This document shows, piece after piece, positions 63,688 through 64,000 of a DNA stretch of 64,000 bases. The DNA lies in the NCBI GenBank assembly GCA_002633005.1, contig NMRA01000791.1:1-64000 (forward strand), read 5' to 3'. This DNA comes from Phoronis australis. Lineage: Eukaryota > Animalia > Phoronida. The first letter of the stretch is position 1. Each line of letters opens with the position of its first letter. The notes under the pieces were generated by a model that was given only the letters and a program-made list of their open reading frames with translations, made no database searches and was not told the origin of the DNA. The position numbers were made by a program, and so were the translations under genes.

Positions 63688-64000
63688 GAACCGTTGAATA
63701 ATGACGCTACGGGTTTTCACGGACGCGAGGTCATTTTTTATGAGCTAAAAAATCTTCACATTAAATTTAGACCCTGTAAAAACACTACACGGGGTCACTA
63801 TTTAATGCTACACCGGCTCGGTTGGGTAAATTCCCAGTCGGTTTCGATGAGAAATTTTGTATTTTGGGTATAGGTCGGGTGCACAGTTCAGTTGCAAAGG
63901 TTTGATATTTTGGTTACTATGCACTTTACTTTTTTTGCGCAAGTTTTGAGTCACAAAACAAAGAGCTTGTAAGCAAGCAGTGCAAATCGACAAAATTTGA

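Overview
Eukaryotic (animal, probably invertebrate) genomic DNA from a gapped draft assembly; there are no prokaryotic operons, rRNA, tRNA or CRISPR arrays. The window is dominated by one + strand multi-exon gene that I reconstructed by hand from GT-AG junctions (~13229 to >=60190, up to 19 exons, ~2.6 kb CDS). It encodes a secreted astacin-family (M12A) zinc metalloprotease: signal peptide, prodomain ending in RKKR, astacin domain ([23 protein letters not shown]), EGF, CUB, EGF, TSP1, MAM, P/T linker, ShK, P/T linker, ShK. The final exon was not found. Flanks and introns are filled with decayed transposons: a Helentron-like element with an internal ~150-bp repeat array, several Kolobok-like derivatives (TTAA TSD), four ISL2EU-like non-autonomous copies (AT TSD), a ~4.4-kb Sola3, a Gypsy pol remnant, a HERO-type LINE, Penelope fragments and MITEs. 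Two 1.3-1.5-kb near-identical duplications flank single-N gaps and are probably haplotype assembly artefacts. The most notable patterns are a co-oriented array of CTCF-consensus-like motifs inside the Helentron-like element, a strong excess of TACATGTA that paralog comparison shows to be +6 insertions (Tc1-type excision footprints), and a 1-nt frame conflict at the first ShK exon. All family assignments come from recalled motifs and terminal structures, not database searches.
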